A stretch of DNA of 64,000 nucleotides from a phage: sequence record PZ019084.1. One strand, 5' to 3'. The notes under the pieces are model-generated. The model saw nothing but the letters and a program-made list of their open reading frames with translations, did no database searches and was not told the DNA's origin. Shown in pieces: positions 19,037 through 28,160 of this stretch. Numbering within the stretch: position 1 is the first letter of the stretch; every line of letters starts with the position of its first letter. The position numbers and the translations under genes are program-made.

Positions 19037-19948
19037 TTAAGATTTAAGTAAATCAACAATTTTAATTAACTTTTCACGCTCAGATTTAGCTTTACTACTC
19101 AATCCAGATAGTCTGAAAATTTCATCGTCATATTGTTGAATAGAAATATTCAGCTCTTCAATCTGCTTATTAAAATAATCAATTTGTTCAGAATGTTTTT
19201 CGTTACTACGAACTGGTACAGGTTTTGTAGGCAATGTAGTTGAACTGGATTCATCCGGGCGATAAATTAAAATACAGCTTGAACCAATAGGGCATTTTTC
19301 ACCAGATGAATATTCTAATGTTCCAGCTTCTTTTAAAACTTCAAAAGCTAAACAGAGATGATGACCCATATTAACATAATCTGTAGAGTGAGCTCTGATG
19401 TAATAATCATCTCCACGAATACTAAATTTAAAGCATTTAAGGTCTTCTGTATTATTGGTCTTAAAAATCATTTGTTTATCTAGACCTTTAGCTAATCGAG
19501 CGCCTAATGCTAATAGTCGTCGTTGATTTTCCCACAAATCTGCGATCATTTGATCGAATGATAATTTTGGCATCAGTCGACCATAAAGGTCATATCCTTT
19601 ATTGTAATTACGAAGAATTTCACTCGCGTTAATACGAGACAATGCTCCAATTTTATTAAGGGCTTTCATAATGCGATTAGATAAACTCATTCCAGACCCA
19701 TTTGTTCGCTGTAAATGTTTTTCTAATCCAAATCCAATATCAACTTTAAACTTATCTAAAATTTCTGCATGAACATCTCTGTCGATAACATTCAAATCCA
19801 AAGTTGAGTTAAATCTATGAAAAAATTTATCTGGCTCTCCACGACGAAGTACAGTCCATTCATTCATCATTTTTTTATTAACTAAAGATTTAATTACTGC
19901 ATTGACATTATTAATTACTACTGACATATTTTCCTCACTCAATTTCAA
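19037..19948 (-). CDS. Early protein with C-terminal coiled coil (possible fourth family member)
   Basis: 303 aa; similar size and C-terminal helix, but N-terminus differs (MKLSEENMSV). Confidence 0.45.
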   Translation of the reverse strand: MKLSEENMSVVINNVNAVIKSLVNKKMMNEWTVLRRGEPDKFFHRFNSTLDLNVIDRDVHAEILDKFKVDIGFGLEKHLQRTNGSGMSLSNRIMKALNKIGALSRINASEILRNYNKGYDLYGRLMPKLSFDQMIADLWENQRRLLALGARLAKGLDKQMIFKTNNTEDLKCFKFSIRGDDYYIRAHSTDYVNMGHHLCLAFEVLKEAGTLEYSSGEKCPIGSSCILIYRPDESSSTTLPTKPVPVRSNEKHSEQIDYFNKQIEELNISIQQYDDEIFRLSGLSSKAKSEREKLIKIVDLLKS

Positions 19949-20342
19949 TTTTACTAAATATACAGAATAAGATGGAACAGACTATATAAGCACCACACAC
20001 AGATTGAACTAATACCATTCCAAAGAACCAAACAATATTATCAAACAATGTCTGTTTTACGTCGAAAGGACGTAAACTTACAGTAATATTATCACCTTTT
20101 TCTATTGAAGAATACATCTCTGGGGAAATATATTCACTAAATCTATAACCATCTTTGAGTTCATATACGGCAATAAACGATAAACTAGACCCTTTTCCTT
20201 GTGTTCCTGTAATGGTATTAACTACAGTAACATCATAATCTTTATAATGCATATAATCATTAATTGCGTAATAACCATATGCAACTACTACACATAAACA
20301 ACATATCAATAAATTCAATCTTTTAATTATCAACTGTTTCAT
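19935..20342 (-). CDS. Membrane protein
   Basis: 135 aa; hydrophobic N-terminal and C-terminal segments. Confidence 0.45.
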   Translation of the reverse strand: MKQLIIKRLNLLICCLCVVVAYGYYAINDYMHYKDYDVTVVNTITGTQGKGSSLSFIAVYELKDGYRFSEYISPEMYSSIEKGDNITVSLRPFDVKQTLFDNIVWFFGMVLVQSVCGAYIVCSILFCIFSKIEIE

Positions 20343-20370
20343 AATAATCTCAATTAAAAGGGCTTAGAAC

Positions 20371-20396
20371 CATTATACCATCCTTGGTATAAAGCG
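20371..20396 (-). promoter_or_regulatory. Early promoter -10 region with spacer stem-loop (weak -35)
   Basis: Plus strand cattataccATCCTTggtataaagc: TGGTATAATG on coding strand; hairpin tacca/tggta around ATCCTT. Confidence 0.4.
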
Positions 20397-20397
20397 G

Positions 20398-20925
20398 TTA
20401 TGCGAGTACCGTCTTTAACCGTTCTTCAAACTTCCGAAGAGTATTTTGGCGTTCAGCTCTTTGCTTTTTGTAAGTTTCAATACGCTCTGAAATGAGAGTG
20501 TATCGTTCATTTACTGATTCTTTCATAAAATCAGGAATTTCACGAGAAGCTTTAATCTCGTCAAATTTATCAATAACAGCTTGCTCTTCAGCAATTAAGT
20601 TATCATACATTAAAATATCTTTCTTGATGAACTCAATATCTTCTTGAGTTACACGAGATAATTTAGATGCTTTATCCTTTTTGTACTGTTCATTAGTATC
20701 ACGAGACCAGTGTAATGTACGATTTTTATTCGTATTTTTGTAAATTTCTACAATACCAATCTCATCAATAATAACGATCCAATTCCAACGGGATTTGTAA
20801 ATTTGTCCTCCATCAACAGTGATTTCACCTCCGATTGAGATGTCGTTAAAGAACTTGCTTTGTGCTTCAGATTTAAATTTACCATCGTTGTAATTTACCA
20901 AGTTGAAAATATCTTTAGCGTTCAT
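20398..20925 (-). CDS. Hypothetical protein
   Basis: 175 aa ORF downstream of an early promoter. Confidence 0.45.
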   Translation of the reverse strand: MNAKDIFNLVNYNDGKFKSEAQSKFFNDISIGGEITVDGGQIYKSRWNWIVIIDEIGIVEIYKNTNKNRTLHWSRDTNEQYKKDKASKLSRVTQEDIEFIKKDILMYDNLIAEEQAVIDKFDEIKASREIPDFMKESVNERYTLISERIETYKKQRAERQNTLRKFEERLKTVLA

Positions 20926-20952
20926 TTTGTGTTCCTCCGTAGTTGATAGTTG

Positions 20953-20983
20953 TATAGTACCACAGAGGAACAGTCTTGTAAAC
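20953..20983 (-). promoter_or_regulatory. T4-type early promoter
   Basis: Plus strand tatagtacca...(spacer)...gtaaac; coding strand GTTTACA N18 TACTATA with TGG upstream. Confidence 0.6.
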
Positions 20984-20985
20984 TA

Positions 20986-21300
20986 CTAAAAGAAACTTCT
21001 TTCACAATTTTTTCCACTGAACCATGCGCTCACTACTTTCTTAGTCTCAGGAGCAGTGTTATCCATAAACCATTCAAAGGCAGCCTTTTTATGATTCTGG
21101 AGGGCTTCTCGGGCTTTAATCTGCTCGCGGTCTATTAACACTAACATATGAGCCTTTCTTGTCACCATGGGCTTCTTATGATTTTTTGAATACTCCCAGT
21201 CATTTGTCCATCGCATTGTCGTTGCGAACTGAAATACTGCTTCTTTAATTTTAGTTTCGTAAATTTCACGAGCCTTTGAGTATAACATCACTACCTCCAT
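20986..21300 (-). CDS. Hypothetical protein
   Basis: 104 aa ORF. Confidence 0.4.
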   Translation of the reverse strand: MEVVMLYSKAREIYETKIKEAVFQFATTMRWTNDWEYSKNHKKPMVTRKAHMLVLIDREQIKAREALQNHKKAAFEWFMDNTAPETKKVVSAWFSGKNCERSFF

Positions 21301-21389
21301 TCACCAGTTTAATTCTAGTCATCTTTTTAATGGCAGTCCATATAATCTATTTCTGAACTGCCTTTTTGTCATAGAAGTCCTCTTATGAA

Positions 21390-22358
21390 TTATTTCAGAA
21401 GAGTAACCTCAGCGATTTCTTCCCAACCGTTTTTATCGGTCATAATAAAGTCAGCAAGATAAAGAGCAGTACGCAGTGAAACATTGCGTAAACGATTAAC
21501 ATTAACTTTCATCCATGATAATGCTTTATAAGTTTCTTCATCAGAAAGACCGCGCTTTTGCATCATGTCAGTTGAAAGAATAACATCTTCAACCCTGACC
21601 ATAATTTCTTCATTAGTGTGAACACCCAAATCCAAATAAACCGAGCGGGACACTAATGCTTGTAAATGTGGAGCAAGTTTAGTACCACGGTCTAATTCGC
21701 GGTCAATGTCAACGTTTGTGATAAAAACAATCGTTCCTTTAAATTCAAACTCACGGTCAATGCCTTTTTCTTCTAAGTAAGAAGACGCAGTGCTCCAGCA
21801 GACTTTACGGGTCTCTCCAGTGTCCAGAGCGGCTTTTAGAAGATTAAGAATGTCCATATCAGAGAAAACATCCACATCATCAATCAAAAGGACAGAATTC
21901 TCTTCACGATTATTCCAAAGCTGCTCATAAAGACCAATACCAGAGATTTTACCATTAATACTTTTATATTCAATGTATCCAATATCATTTGCTTTATTTA
22001 AAGCTTTATCTAAAGAATACGTTTTACCAATACCTGCTGCGCCAGAGATAATCAATGAACGAATATTTCCGTTAATAATACCATTCGTCATCATTCCCAT
22101 AACATTAAATCTTTTATTAATGCGGGTTTTCATATCTTCATACGATTCTTTAACTTCCTCAACTTTTACACCATCATATGAAATATCTGATTTGTAAACC
22201 CAAACACCGCGACGTTTACCGTCAATTTCAACAAAAACTTTACCATCTCCTTGTGCATCTACCGGAGCATTATCTGGGAACCATTCGCCTAAGAGCTCAA
22301 AAGTTCCAGAGATTTCTTTACCGAAGTAGATACCCTTATTGATAGTTACAGTTTTCAT
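21390..22358 (-). CDS. P-loop ATPase (AAA-like)
   Basis: Walker A GAAGIGKTY and Walker B-like LLIDDVD; start set at MKTVTINKG (GGAG RBS) just downstream of the early promoter. Confidence 0.6.
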   Translation of the reverse strand: MKTVTINKGIYFGKEISGTFELLGEWFPDNAPVDAQGDGKVFVEIDGKRRGVWVYKSDISYDGVKVEEVKESYEDMKTRINKRFNVMGMMTNGIINGNIRSLIISGAAGIGKTYSLDKALNKANDIGYIEYKSINGKISGIGLYEQLWNNREENSVLLIDDVDVFSDMDILNLLKAALDTGETRKVCWSTASSYLEEKGIDREFEFKGTIVFITNVDIDRELDRGTKLAPHLQALVSRSVYLDLGVHTNEEIMVRVEDVILSTDMMQKRGLSDEETYKALSWMKVNVNRLRNVSLRTALYLADFIMTDKNGWEEIAEVTLLK

Positions 22359-22391
22359 TTTATTCTCCAAATCCGTATCAGTTGATAGTTG

Positions 22392-22422
22392 TATAGTACC
22401 ATAAAGCTTTATGCTTGTAAAC
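22392..22422 (-). promoter_or_regulatory. T4-type early promoter
   Basis: Plus strand tatagtacca...gtaaaccgttttgtgaaaaaa. Confidence 0.6.
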
Positions 22423-22453
22423 CGTTTTGTGAAAAAATTTTGAAATAAAAAAA

Positions 22454-22471
22454 GGGAGCCCGAAGGCTCCC
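22454..22471 (-). terminator. UUCG-loop GC hairpin with U-run (intrinsic terminator)
   Basis: Minus strand gggagccTTCGggctcccTTTTTTT directly after the stop of the 337 aa ORF. Confidence 0.65.
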
Positions 22472-22473
22472 TA

Positions 22474-23487
22474 TCATTTATAATAACTTCGGTGGTTTTC
22501 AAGATAAACCCTCTCAAGGAAGTCATCCCAGAAACCCATGTCTACTTTTTGCTGCATACCGTTCTTAGAAGCTTCAATGGATGCTGCTTCTACTTGATCG
22601 ACCACATCTTCCAAAAACTCTTGAACAGTTTTAAATGGATGTTTACCCAGCTTCACGTCGAGAATAAATGGAGCGTCTTGAAGTGGATAGACTAAGTCAC
22701 CAGTTTTGTAAATTTCCAATAGTTGGAGTCCACCACGACAAGCATGACTCAGAGCTTTCCAGTCAATGCCCTCATTCGCTTCAGCCTTACGAGCACGTTC
22801 GCCATATTCAGCATCTAATTTATTCAGTGACTGTTTAAGCTCGATAAGAGAAAGCGTTGTTTGATATTTACGACCCAACACAGTGTAGAACGTTTGTGGG
22901 CCTGTTTTCTCATGATTATGGAATACCCATTCACAGAATTCGTTCTCTGGAAGACGATGCTTAATATCTTCAACTTTAGTTCGACGAAGTCTATCAGGGA
23001 TTCCTTCTTGATAATCAACCCACTGATCGGGGATTTGATTAACTACTTTCAATACATCACGCAATGCGGCCAAACGAGAACCCTTGACGCCGTATTTAGA
23101 AGCTTGCTTGCGAACATATCCTAAATAGGATTTCATGTTAGTCGTATAAAAACGAGAACGATTGTCTTGAATAAACTTCCATACATCAGGCAAATCAGAT
23201 TTAACTACCAGTTCAGGTGGAGTGTGAAGCATATCCAATGCTACAGTTTCACCATCTGCTGCTAATTTAAAGAAATATTTAAGACTATATAGTTCATGGT
23301 CAATATCATCTTTAGTGTTTTTAGATGATGTATTGTTAGTGTTTTTGCTCATATGCTCTTTAACATTTCCGATAAGAATATCGCGAGCAGGAGGAACAAA
23401 GATTTCTTTAAAATCTACATCAGATTCTGGAGTAGAAGTTCCATAAAGATGACTACCAAAATAGCTTTTCATTACTGTTTTCATCAT
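22474..23487 (-). CDS. Predicted nucleotidyltransferase-fold protein (Pol-beta-like NTase motif)
   Basis: 337 aa; N-terminal FGSHLYGTSTPESDVDF fits the hG[GS]x(9-13)DhD NTase signature; helical C-terminal region. Confidence 0.5.
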   Translation of the reverse strand: MMKTVMKSYFGSHLYGTSTPESDVDFKEIFVPPARDILIGNVKEHMSKNTNNTSSKNTKDDIDHELYSLKYFFKLAADGETVALDMLHTPPELVVKSDLPDVWKFIQDNRSRFYTTNMKSYLGYVRKQASKYGVKGSRLAALRDVLKVVNQIPDQWVDYQEGIPDRLRRTKVEDIKHRLPENEFCEWVFHNHEKTGPQTFYTVLGRKYQTTLSLIELKQSLNKLDAEYGERARKAEANEGIDWKALSHACRGGLQLLEIYKTGDLVYPLQDAPFILDVKLGKHPFKTVQEFLEDVVDQVEAASIEASKNGMQQKVDMGFWDDFLERVYLENHRSYYK

Positions 23488-23945
23488 TCAGCCTTATATT
23501 CAATAACAGGACATACTTTAGCTTTACGCGCTTTTAAAAATTCGACGATAATAGATTTCTTGGGTTGAATAGGAGGTAAACCCTTATACGCCCTATCAAT
23601 ATTTTCTACATGTAAAGCATAATCCTTTTTCCATTTATAATCTTTATATTTTTCATGCAGTTGTGCAGGAATAACAAATGAACCAATAATAAGTAAAACA
23701 AGCAAAATGGCAAGTATAAATGCTGATGGAATAAGAGTCCATAAACTACCAAAAATAAGCCATTTCTGTATGATTTCTGCGCAGATAATAGTTAGACCTG
23801 CGAGCATAGTACATCCGAATAAAGAAACGAAAAATGTAGGGATAACAATAGACCAAAAATACGCGCACAGTGTCTTAGGTCGTTTCCATTCGTCGTTAAA
23901 CATTTTGAATAATTTATAATGCCAAGAGTTTTCATTAATAATCAT
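23484..23945 (-). CDS. Membrane protein
   Basis: 153 aa with at least three hydrophobic spans. Confidence 0.45.
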   Translation of the reverse strand: MIINENSWHYKLFKMFNDEWKRPKTLCAYFWSIVIPTFFVSLFGCTMLAGLTIICAEIIQKWLIFGSLWTLIPSAFILAILLVLLIIGSFVIPAQLHEKYKDYKWKKDYALHVENIDRAYKGLPPIQPKKSIIVEFLKARKAKVCPVIEYKAE

Positions 23946-23947
23946 AA

Positions 23948-24469
23948 TTATCCTTTCATTGAAGGTGTAACAGTTGTTAAATACTTAATCATAGCTTCAG
24001 CTTCTGATTTTGATAATGAAATTTCTCCACTGTTTTGACGAATAGAAATAAAATCCGGATGACGGTCACCACCAGCTTTTAAAACACACATATAAGTATC
24101 AGTTTCATCTTCAATATCTGAAATGATTGAAGCAGTTCCGCATGAATGCGGTTTTTGATAAATCAATGCAGCTTTTCTTCCACCGTTTGACTGTTCATAA
24201 ACTTTTAACACATCAAACAAATCACTTCTTTTATCAATAGCTAAGATGTTGTTTTCATCTTCAATGTTAAATCCTTCGGATACTTCATAAAGTGTCACCC
24301 ATAAATCACCTATATCGATAGTAGCATTTACTTTTCCATGGCTTTCAAGAGCATGACAAATTTTCTTGATTTCGTCATAACTCATTTTAATAATATCATC
24401 TCCTTGAATAAGGAAGATGTCATTTTTAAATTCAACACGAATTAAACCACTTTCACTTGAAATAAACAT
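23948..24469 (-). CDS. Hypothetical protein, paralog of the next gene
   Basis: 173 aa; C-terminal region resembles that of ORF 24476-25033 (SKSEAEAMIKYLTTVTPSM vs TKDEAIALKTYLDSVIPTM). Confidence 0.45.
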   Translation of the reverse strand: MFISSESGLIRVEFKNDIFLIQGDDIIKMSYDEIKKICHALESHGKVNATIDIGDLWVTLYEVSEGFNIEDENNILAIDKRSDLFDVLKVYEQSNGGRKAALIYQKPHSCGTASIISDIEDETDTYMCVLKAGGDRHPDFISIRQNSGEISLSKSEAEAMIKYLTTVTPSMKG

Positions 24470-24475
24470 ATTTCC

Positions 24476-25033
24476 TCACTTTGAAATCATAGTTGGAATG
24501 ACAGAATCAAGATAAGTCTTTAGCGCAATAGCTTCGTCTTTGGTAAATGTGACAATATGTGATCGAAAATCGTCAATTTGGCGAATAGTTAAGACATCTC
24601 CCTCTTCATAACATTTTGATACATTTAAAAGAGTTTCATCATTCTGATTGCAAGCGTTAGTAATAATAGCATTGCAATTTTTGAGCCATTTTAAACTATG
24701 TTTTCTTTCATTAGAATAATAAAAATATTTAATCTTAGCTATAAAACTATCCCAATGGATAACTGATAAACACATTGACTCACTGTTAATATTAAATCCT
24801 GGGCATGAAGAATAAAAATGAATTTTGTGCTCATCATTGATGCTTACTATTTTATCAGTATAAGGATATTCAATTTGGGTTAAATGAATGATTTCACTAG
24901 GCGTAAAATATAGCATATCGTCTTCTTGCGTCAAACGATACATGTTATTTACTTTTTCTATAGCCAATTCACCAAAAAGTGGACTAACTTCTAATACCAA
25001 TCGTTTCATATTGATTCTCTTCGACTCACTCAC
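24476..25033 (-). CDS. Hypothetical protein, paralog of the previous gene
   Basis: 185 aa; shared C-terminal motif with ORF 23948-24469. Confidence 0.45.
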   Translation of the reverse strand: MSESKRINMKRLVLEVSPLFGELAIEKVNNMYRLTQEDDMLYFTPSEIIHLTQIEYPYTDKIVSINDEHKIHFYSSCPGFNINSESMCLSVIHWDSFIAKIKYFYYSNERKHSLKWLKNCNAIITNACNQNDETLLNVSKCYEEGDVLTIRQIDDFRSHIVTFTKDEAIALKTYLDSVIPTMISK

Positions 25034-25167
25034 AATTACATACTCCTTTGAATAGTATCAATAATGTTGTTCACCAGATTATAAGTAAACATTGGATAAT
25101 TATATTGAATCATCACATACACAACAAACAAAACTTTCATTCTCTTCTCCTTGGCAGTTGACAAGAT

Positions 25168-25198
25168 TACTATACCATAACCTTGCCAACTTGTAAAC
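25168..25198 (-). promoter_or_regulatory. T4-type early promoter
   Basis: Plus strand tactatacca...ttgtaaacaa. Confidence 0.5.
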
Positions 25199-25200
25199 AA

Positions 25201-25374
25201 TTAAATGACGTTTTCAATAAAATTCTGAAGCTTTGTGTGAGCATCAACCATGATTTTCATTTCTTCCTTTGCGAAAGCTGTACCTCTTTCTCGAGCAGAA
25301 TACTCATAGTCAGAAACTGCATTAGCATATTCTTCAATTAGCTTCATTAAAAACATCTGCTTTTCAGTTTTCAT
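25201..25374 (-). CDS. Small protein (57 aa), not in ORF track
   Basis: Minus-strand ATG at 25374 preceded by AGGTGG RBS; translates MKTEKQMFLMKLIEEYANAVSDYEYSARERG... to TAA at 25201. Confidence 0.3.
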   Translation of the reverse strand: MKTEKQMFLMKLIEEYANAVSDYEYSARERGTAFAKEEMKIMVDAHTKLQNFIENVI

Positions 25375-25558
25375 TATTCCACCTAATCATTTCAAGATAT
25401 TGAACTAACTTAGCTTTGGATTTATCCAAATCCTTTTTAGCTGCTTCTATACCATCGTACGAATATCCTTCACAGTGCTCAACTGCCAATTGGTATGAAT
25501 CTATTTCAATATCACGTGCTAATTTAATGATTTTTTCAAACTGTTCACGTGTTAGCAT
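25364..25558 (-). CDS. Hypothetical small protein
   Basis: 64 aa ORF. Confidence 0.35.
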   Translation of the reverse strand: MLTREQFEKIIKLARDIEIDSYQLAVEHCEGYSYDGIEAAKKDLDKSKAKLVQYLEMIRWNNEN

Positions 25559-25560
25559 AC

Positions 25561-25800
25561 TTAAACTCTCGTATTATGATCGATAATTTCATCAAGAAAC
25601 ATATCTAAAGCTTCTACAGCATTATCAACTTTAGCTTCAAGTTCTTCAGCACCTTTATTTGCAATGCCTGACGAAAACCAAGCAAAGTCACTAAGTTCCT
25701 CATCTGCTTTGCGAATTAAAGCTACCAATTCTTTAATTTTATCTGCTTGTTCAATGCTAATCATTATTCCACCACATATGAAAGAGAGAATATTGCACAC
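25561..25800 (-). CDS. Hypothetical small acidic protein
   Basis: 79 aa ORF. Confidence 0.35.
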   Translation of the reverse strand: MCNILSFICGGIMISIEQADKIKELVALIRKADEELSDFAWFSSGIANKGAEELEAKVDNAVEALDMFLDEIIDHNTRV

Positions 25801-25952
25801 GCCATGTGAGTTGCAGCTTCATCACACATATCATAACGTTTCTTAAGAAGTTCTACAAGTTCTTCACTAGTAACGTCATCCATGTTGACGAAAAAATCAC
25901 CATTAATGATGACGTAGATATTTCCTTCTTGATTAAGTGCTTCAATTTTCAT
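25764..25952 (-). CDS. Hypothetical small protein
   Basis: Start set at [10 protein letters not shown] with GAGGAG RBS; longer ORF start lies inside the promoter. Confidence 0.35.
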   Translation of the reverse strand: MKIEALNQEGNIYVIINGDFFVNMDDVTSEELVELLKKRYDMCDEAATHMACAIFSLSYVVE

Positions 25953-25979
25953 GATGTTCTCCTCTTTATCCGATGGTTG

Positions 25980-26010
25980 TATAGTATCACAGCTCAAATG
26001 GAAAGTAAAC
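25980..26010 (-). promoter_or_regulatory. T4-type early promoter
   Basis: Plus strand tatagtatcac...gaaagtaaac. Confidence 0.55.
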
Positions 26011-26025
26011 CGGTAAAATGAAAAA

Positions 26026-26043
26026 AGTCTCCCGAAGGAGACT
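26026..26043 (-). terminator. UUCG-loop GC hairpin with U-run (intrinsic terminator)
   Basis: Minus strand agtctccTTCGggagacTTTTTT. Confidence 0.65.
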
Positions 26044-26047
26044 ATTG

Positions 26048-26434
26048 TTATTCGAGGGAAAGAAGATACTTACTCTGGTAAAACATTCCAGTAATATCAT
26101 CTATCGTGCTTTGAATGGCTGGAGGCATTTCTTTATAAATGCTGTTAGATTGGTCTAGTATGCGATCAATCATTTTAACTGTATCAGTAGGAAGTTTACT
26201 AGCATCTGGAATTGAAGGTGTGTATTTTCTACCAGAATACCCCAAATATTGCTCACCAAATTTATCAATCAAATCTGGCAACTCAGAGAAAATAAAATCG
26301 TATGCTTTGTGTCTAGCATAACTTTTAGTTTCAAAATGCGCAGAATGAAAATAAGCTTGTGCAGCCATTAATAAACCTAAGTATTCATCTGCCTTTGAAG
26401 GTTTTCCGCTTTGTGAAAAGTCGCTGAATTTCAT
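26048..26434 (-). CDS. Hypothetical protein (position of T4 rI.1)
   Basis: 128 aa ORF immediately downstream of rI. Confidence 0.45.
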   Translation of the reverse strand: MKFSDFSQSGKPSKADEYLGLLMAAQAYFHSAHFETKSYARHKAYDFIFSELPDLIDKFGEQYLGYSGRKYTPSIPDASKLPTDTVKMIDRILDQSNSIYKEMPPAIQSTIDDITGMFYQSKYLLSLE

Positions 26435-26724
26435 TCAGTCTCCAATTTAATGTTCATAATTCTAGCGTATGATTGTGCCATCTCCGCGCCTCGTTCTATG
26501 CATTCAAAATCAGAAGAGCACGGGTCATTTTTATAGGTCGTTCGCATGAAACTATAGAACTGTTTAGATGATTCTACGCTTTTATTTTCAAAAAGCGTAT
26601 AAACATGTCTAATACCAGATTCCATAAATTTATCAAAATGAGGATCAACATTCGCTTCAATCGGCGGAGATAAAACAAATGCTAATCCTAGCATGGCGAA
26701 TAATGCCGCTGCTTTTAAGGCCAT
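26431..26724 (-). CDS. rI: Lysis inhibition regulator RI (signal-anchored periplasmic protein)
   Basis: 97 aa; MALKAAALFAMLGLAFVLSPPIEANVDPHFDKFMESG... matches remembered T4 RI. Confidence 0.9.
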   Translation of the reverse strand: MALKAAALFAMLGLAFVLSPPIEANVDPHFDKFMESGIRHVYTLFENKSVESSKQFYSFMRTTYKNDPCSSDFECIERGAEMAQSYARIMNIKLETE

Positions 26725-26736
26725 AAAGGCCTCCTA

Positions 26737-26949
26737 TCATTTTTGTCCTGTATTTACTTTATGCCGATGCACGGCCTTAACTTTATCAAGGTATTTTTCA
26801 AAATTTCGCAATCTAGTATAGTCTGCCGGAGATTGGTTGAGTGATACTTCTCGACGCAAAGCTGAAATGATATTTCCAACTTCCCTACGAATTTCATCTA
26901 ATTGAAGAACAGTAAGATTGCGAAGTTGCTTTTCAGTTAATTGTAGCAT
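26737..26949 (-). CDS. Hypothetical small protein
   Basis: 70 aa ORF between tk and rI. Confidence 0.4.
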
Positions 26950-26997
26950 ATATACATATACCCCTTTAGTTAGATAAACCTATTTATAACTTTTGCA

Positions 26998-27579
26998 CTA
27001 ACCGAGCTTTTTAGTTAATTCATTCCAATGTTTTCTACACAAAGAAACATAAATTTCATCACCAATACAGATTTGATTACCTTCTTTAACTGGTGTTCCA
27101 TCTTCCATTAATCGAGCTGTCATAATAGCTTTTTTACCACAATGACAAACTGCTTTTAGTTCAATAAGTTTATCTGCAATCGCCAAAAGTTCTTTAGAAC
27201 CTTCAAATAATTTTCCGGCGAAATCAGTCCTTAACCCATAAGCCATAACAGGAACATTATATGTATCAACAATTCGGCTTAATTGATGCACCTGTTCAGT
27301 TTTTAAAAACTGAGCTTCATCTACAAATACACAATGAATATCTTTTTGTGCTTCAGCCCATTTATAGAACTCAAAAATATCCATATTATCCGTAATAATA
27401 TTCGCTTCCTGTTTAATTCCAATGCGAGAAACGACTTCACAGACAGAATCGCGAGTATCAATAGCAGGCTTAAGAACTAATACACCCATTCCACGTTCTT
27501 TATAATTATGCGCAGCAGTCAAAAGAGAAGCAGATTTTCCAGCATTCATTGCTGCATAAGTAAAAATTAAACTCGCCAT
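26998..27579 (-). CDS. tk: Thymidine kinase
   Basis: 193 aa; P-loop AAMNAGKS, zinc-ribbon cysteines near C-terminus; same length as T4 Tk. Confidence 0.9.
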   Translation of the reverse strand: MASLIFTYAAMNAGKSASLLTAAHNYKERGMGVLVLKPAIDTRDSVCEVVSRIGIKQEANIITDNMDIFEFYKWAEAQKDIHCVFVDEAQFLKTEQVHQLSRIVDTYNVPVMAYGLRTDFAGKLFEGSKELLAIADKLIELKAVCHCGKKAIMTARLMEDGTPVKEGNQICIGDEIYVSLCRKHWNELTKKLG

Positions 27580-27580
27580 C

Positions 27581-27769
27581 TTAGTCCTTAGTTAAATTTT
27601 CTAAATATGTTTCTAAATCATTTTCAGCTTTATCGATAGATTTTACTAATTCGTAATATGTTTCGGCATCTCCATAATCTGAAGCCGCTTCAAAAGATAA
27701 ATCTCGTTCTAAACTAACAATTTCGCTGATTAAAAATCGTATTTCATTCTTTTGTTCGCGAGTAATCAT
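27581..27769 (-). CDS. Hypothetical small acidic protein
   Basis: 62 aa ORF. Confidence 0.35.
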   Translation of the reverse strand: MITREQKNEIRFLISEIVSLERDLSFEAASDYGDAETYYELVKSIDKAENDLETYLENLTKD

Positions 27770-27972
27770 AAGGAATTTATATAATCAATAAGTTCTTGTT
27801 CTTTATCGTCGAAATCTTTACACAGTTCTTCGTATTCATCGGTATTAAAAGGACCGCATTCATCACAAACTTTTTCTAATTCATTGTTTTTATCCATAAC
27901 TTCGTGAATAAGAGAAAATAGTCTGTCTTTTTGTTCTTTACTCAGACTCATAACCATGTAACCTTTAAGCAA
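27766..27972 (-). CDS. Hypothetical small acidic protein
   Basis: 68 aa ORF. Confidence 0.35.
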   Translation of the reverse strand: MLKGYMVMSLSKEQKDRLFSLIHEVMDKNNELEKVCDECGPFNTDEYEELCKDFDDKEQELIDYINSL

Positions 27973-28160
27973 TATTCTTCTACGTGCTGTTTACGACCTT
28001 TCTTATCAATAAAGGTATATTCAACGAATGTTCCAATATAGTCTTTATCTACATTATGTGGACTATTAATTGGGCATTTAGTACTGCAAATGCGTTCCCA
28101 TTGACGAATAATTTCCACTTTGTTTTTAGGATCAAACGGATGCGGGTAATGTACTTTCAT
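27948..28160 (-). CDS. Hypothetical small protein
   Basis: 70 aa ORF. Confidence 0.35.
   Translation of the reverse strand: MKVHYPHPFDPKNKVEIIRQWERICSTKCPINSPHNVDKDYIGTFVEYTFIDKKGRKQHVEEYCLKVTWL

Noticed and set aside
25158-25163. Plus-strand TTGACA hexamer as a sigma-70 -35 box
   Set aside because: No matching -10 element at appropriate spacing on the plus strand and no plus-strand gene downstream; the sequence belongs to the spacer of a minus-strand early promoter.
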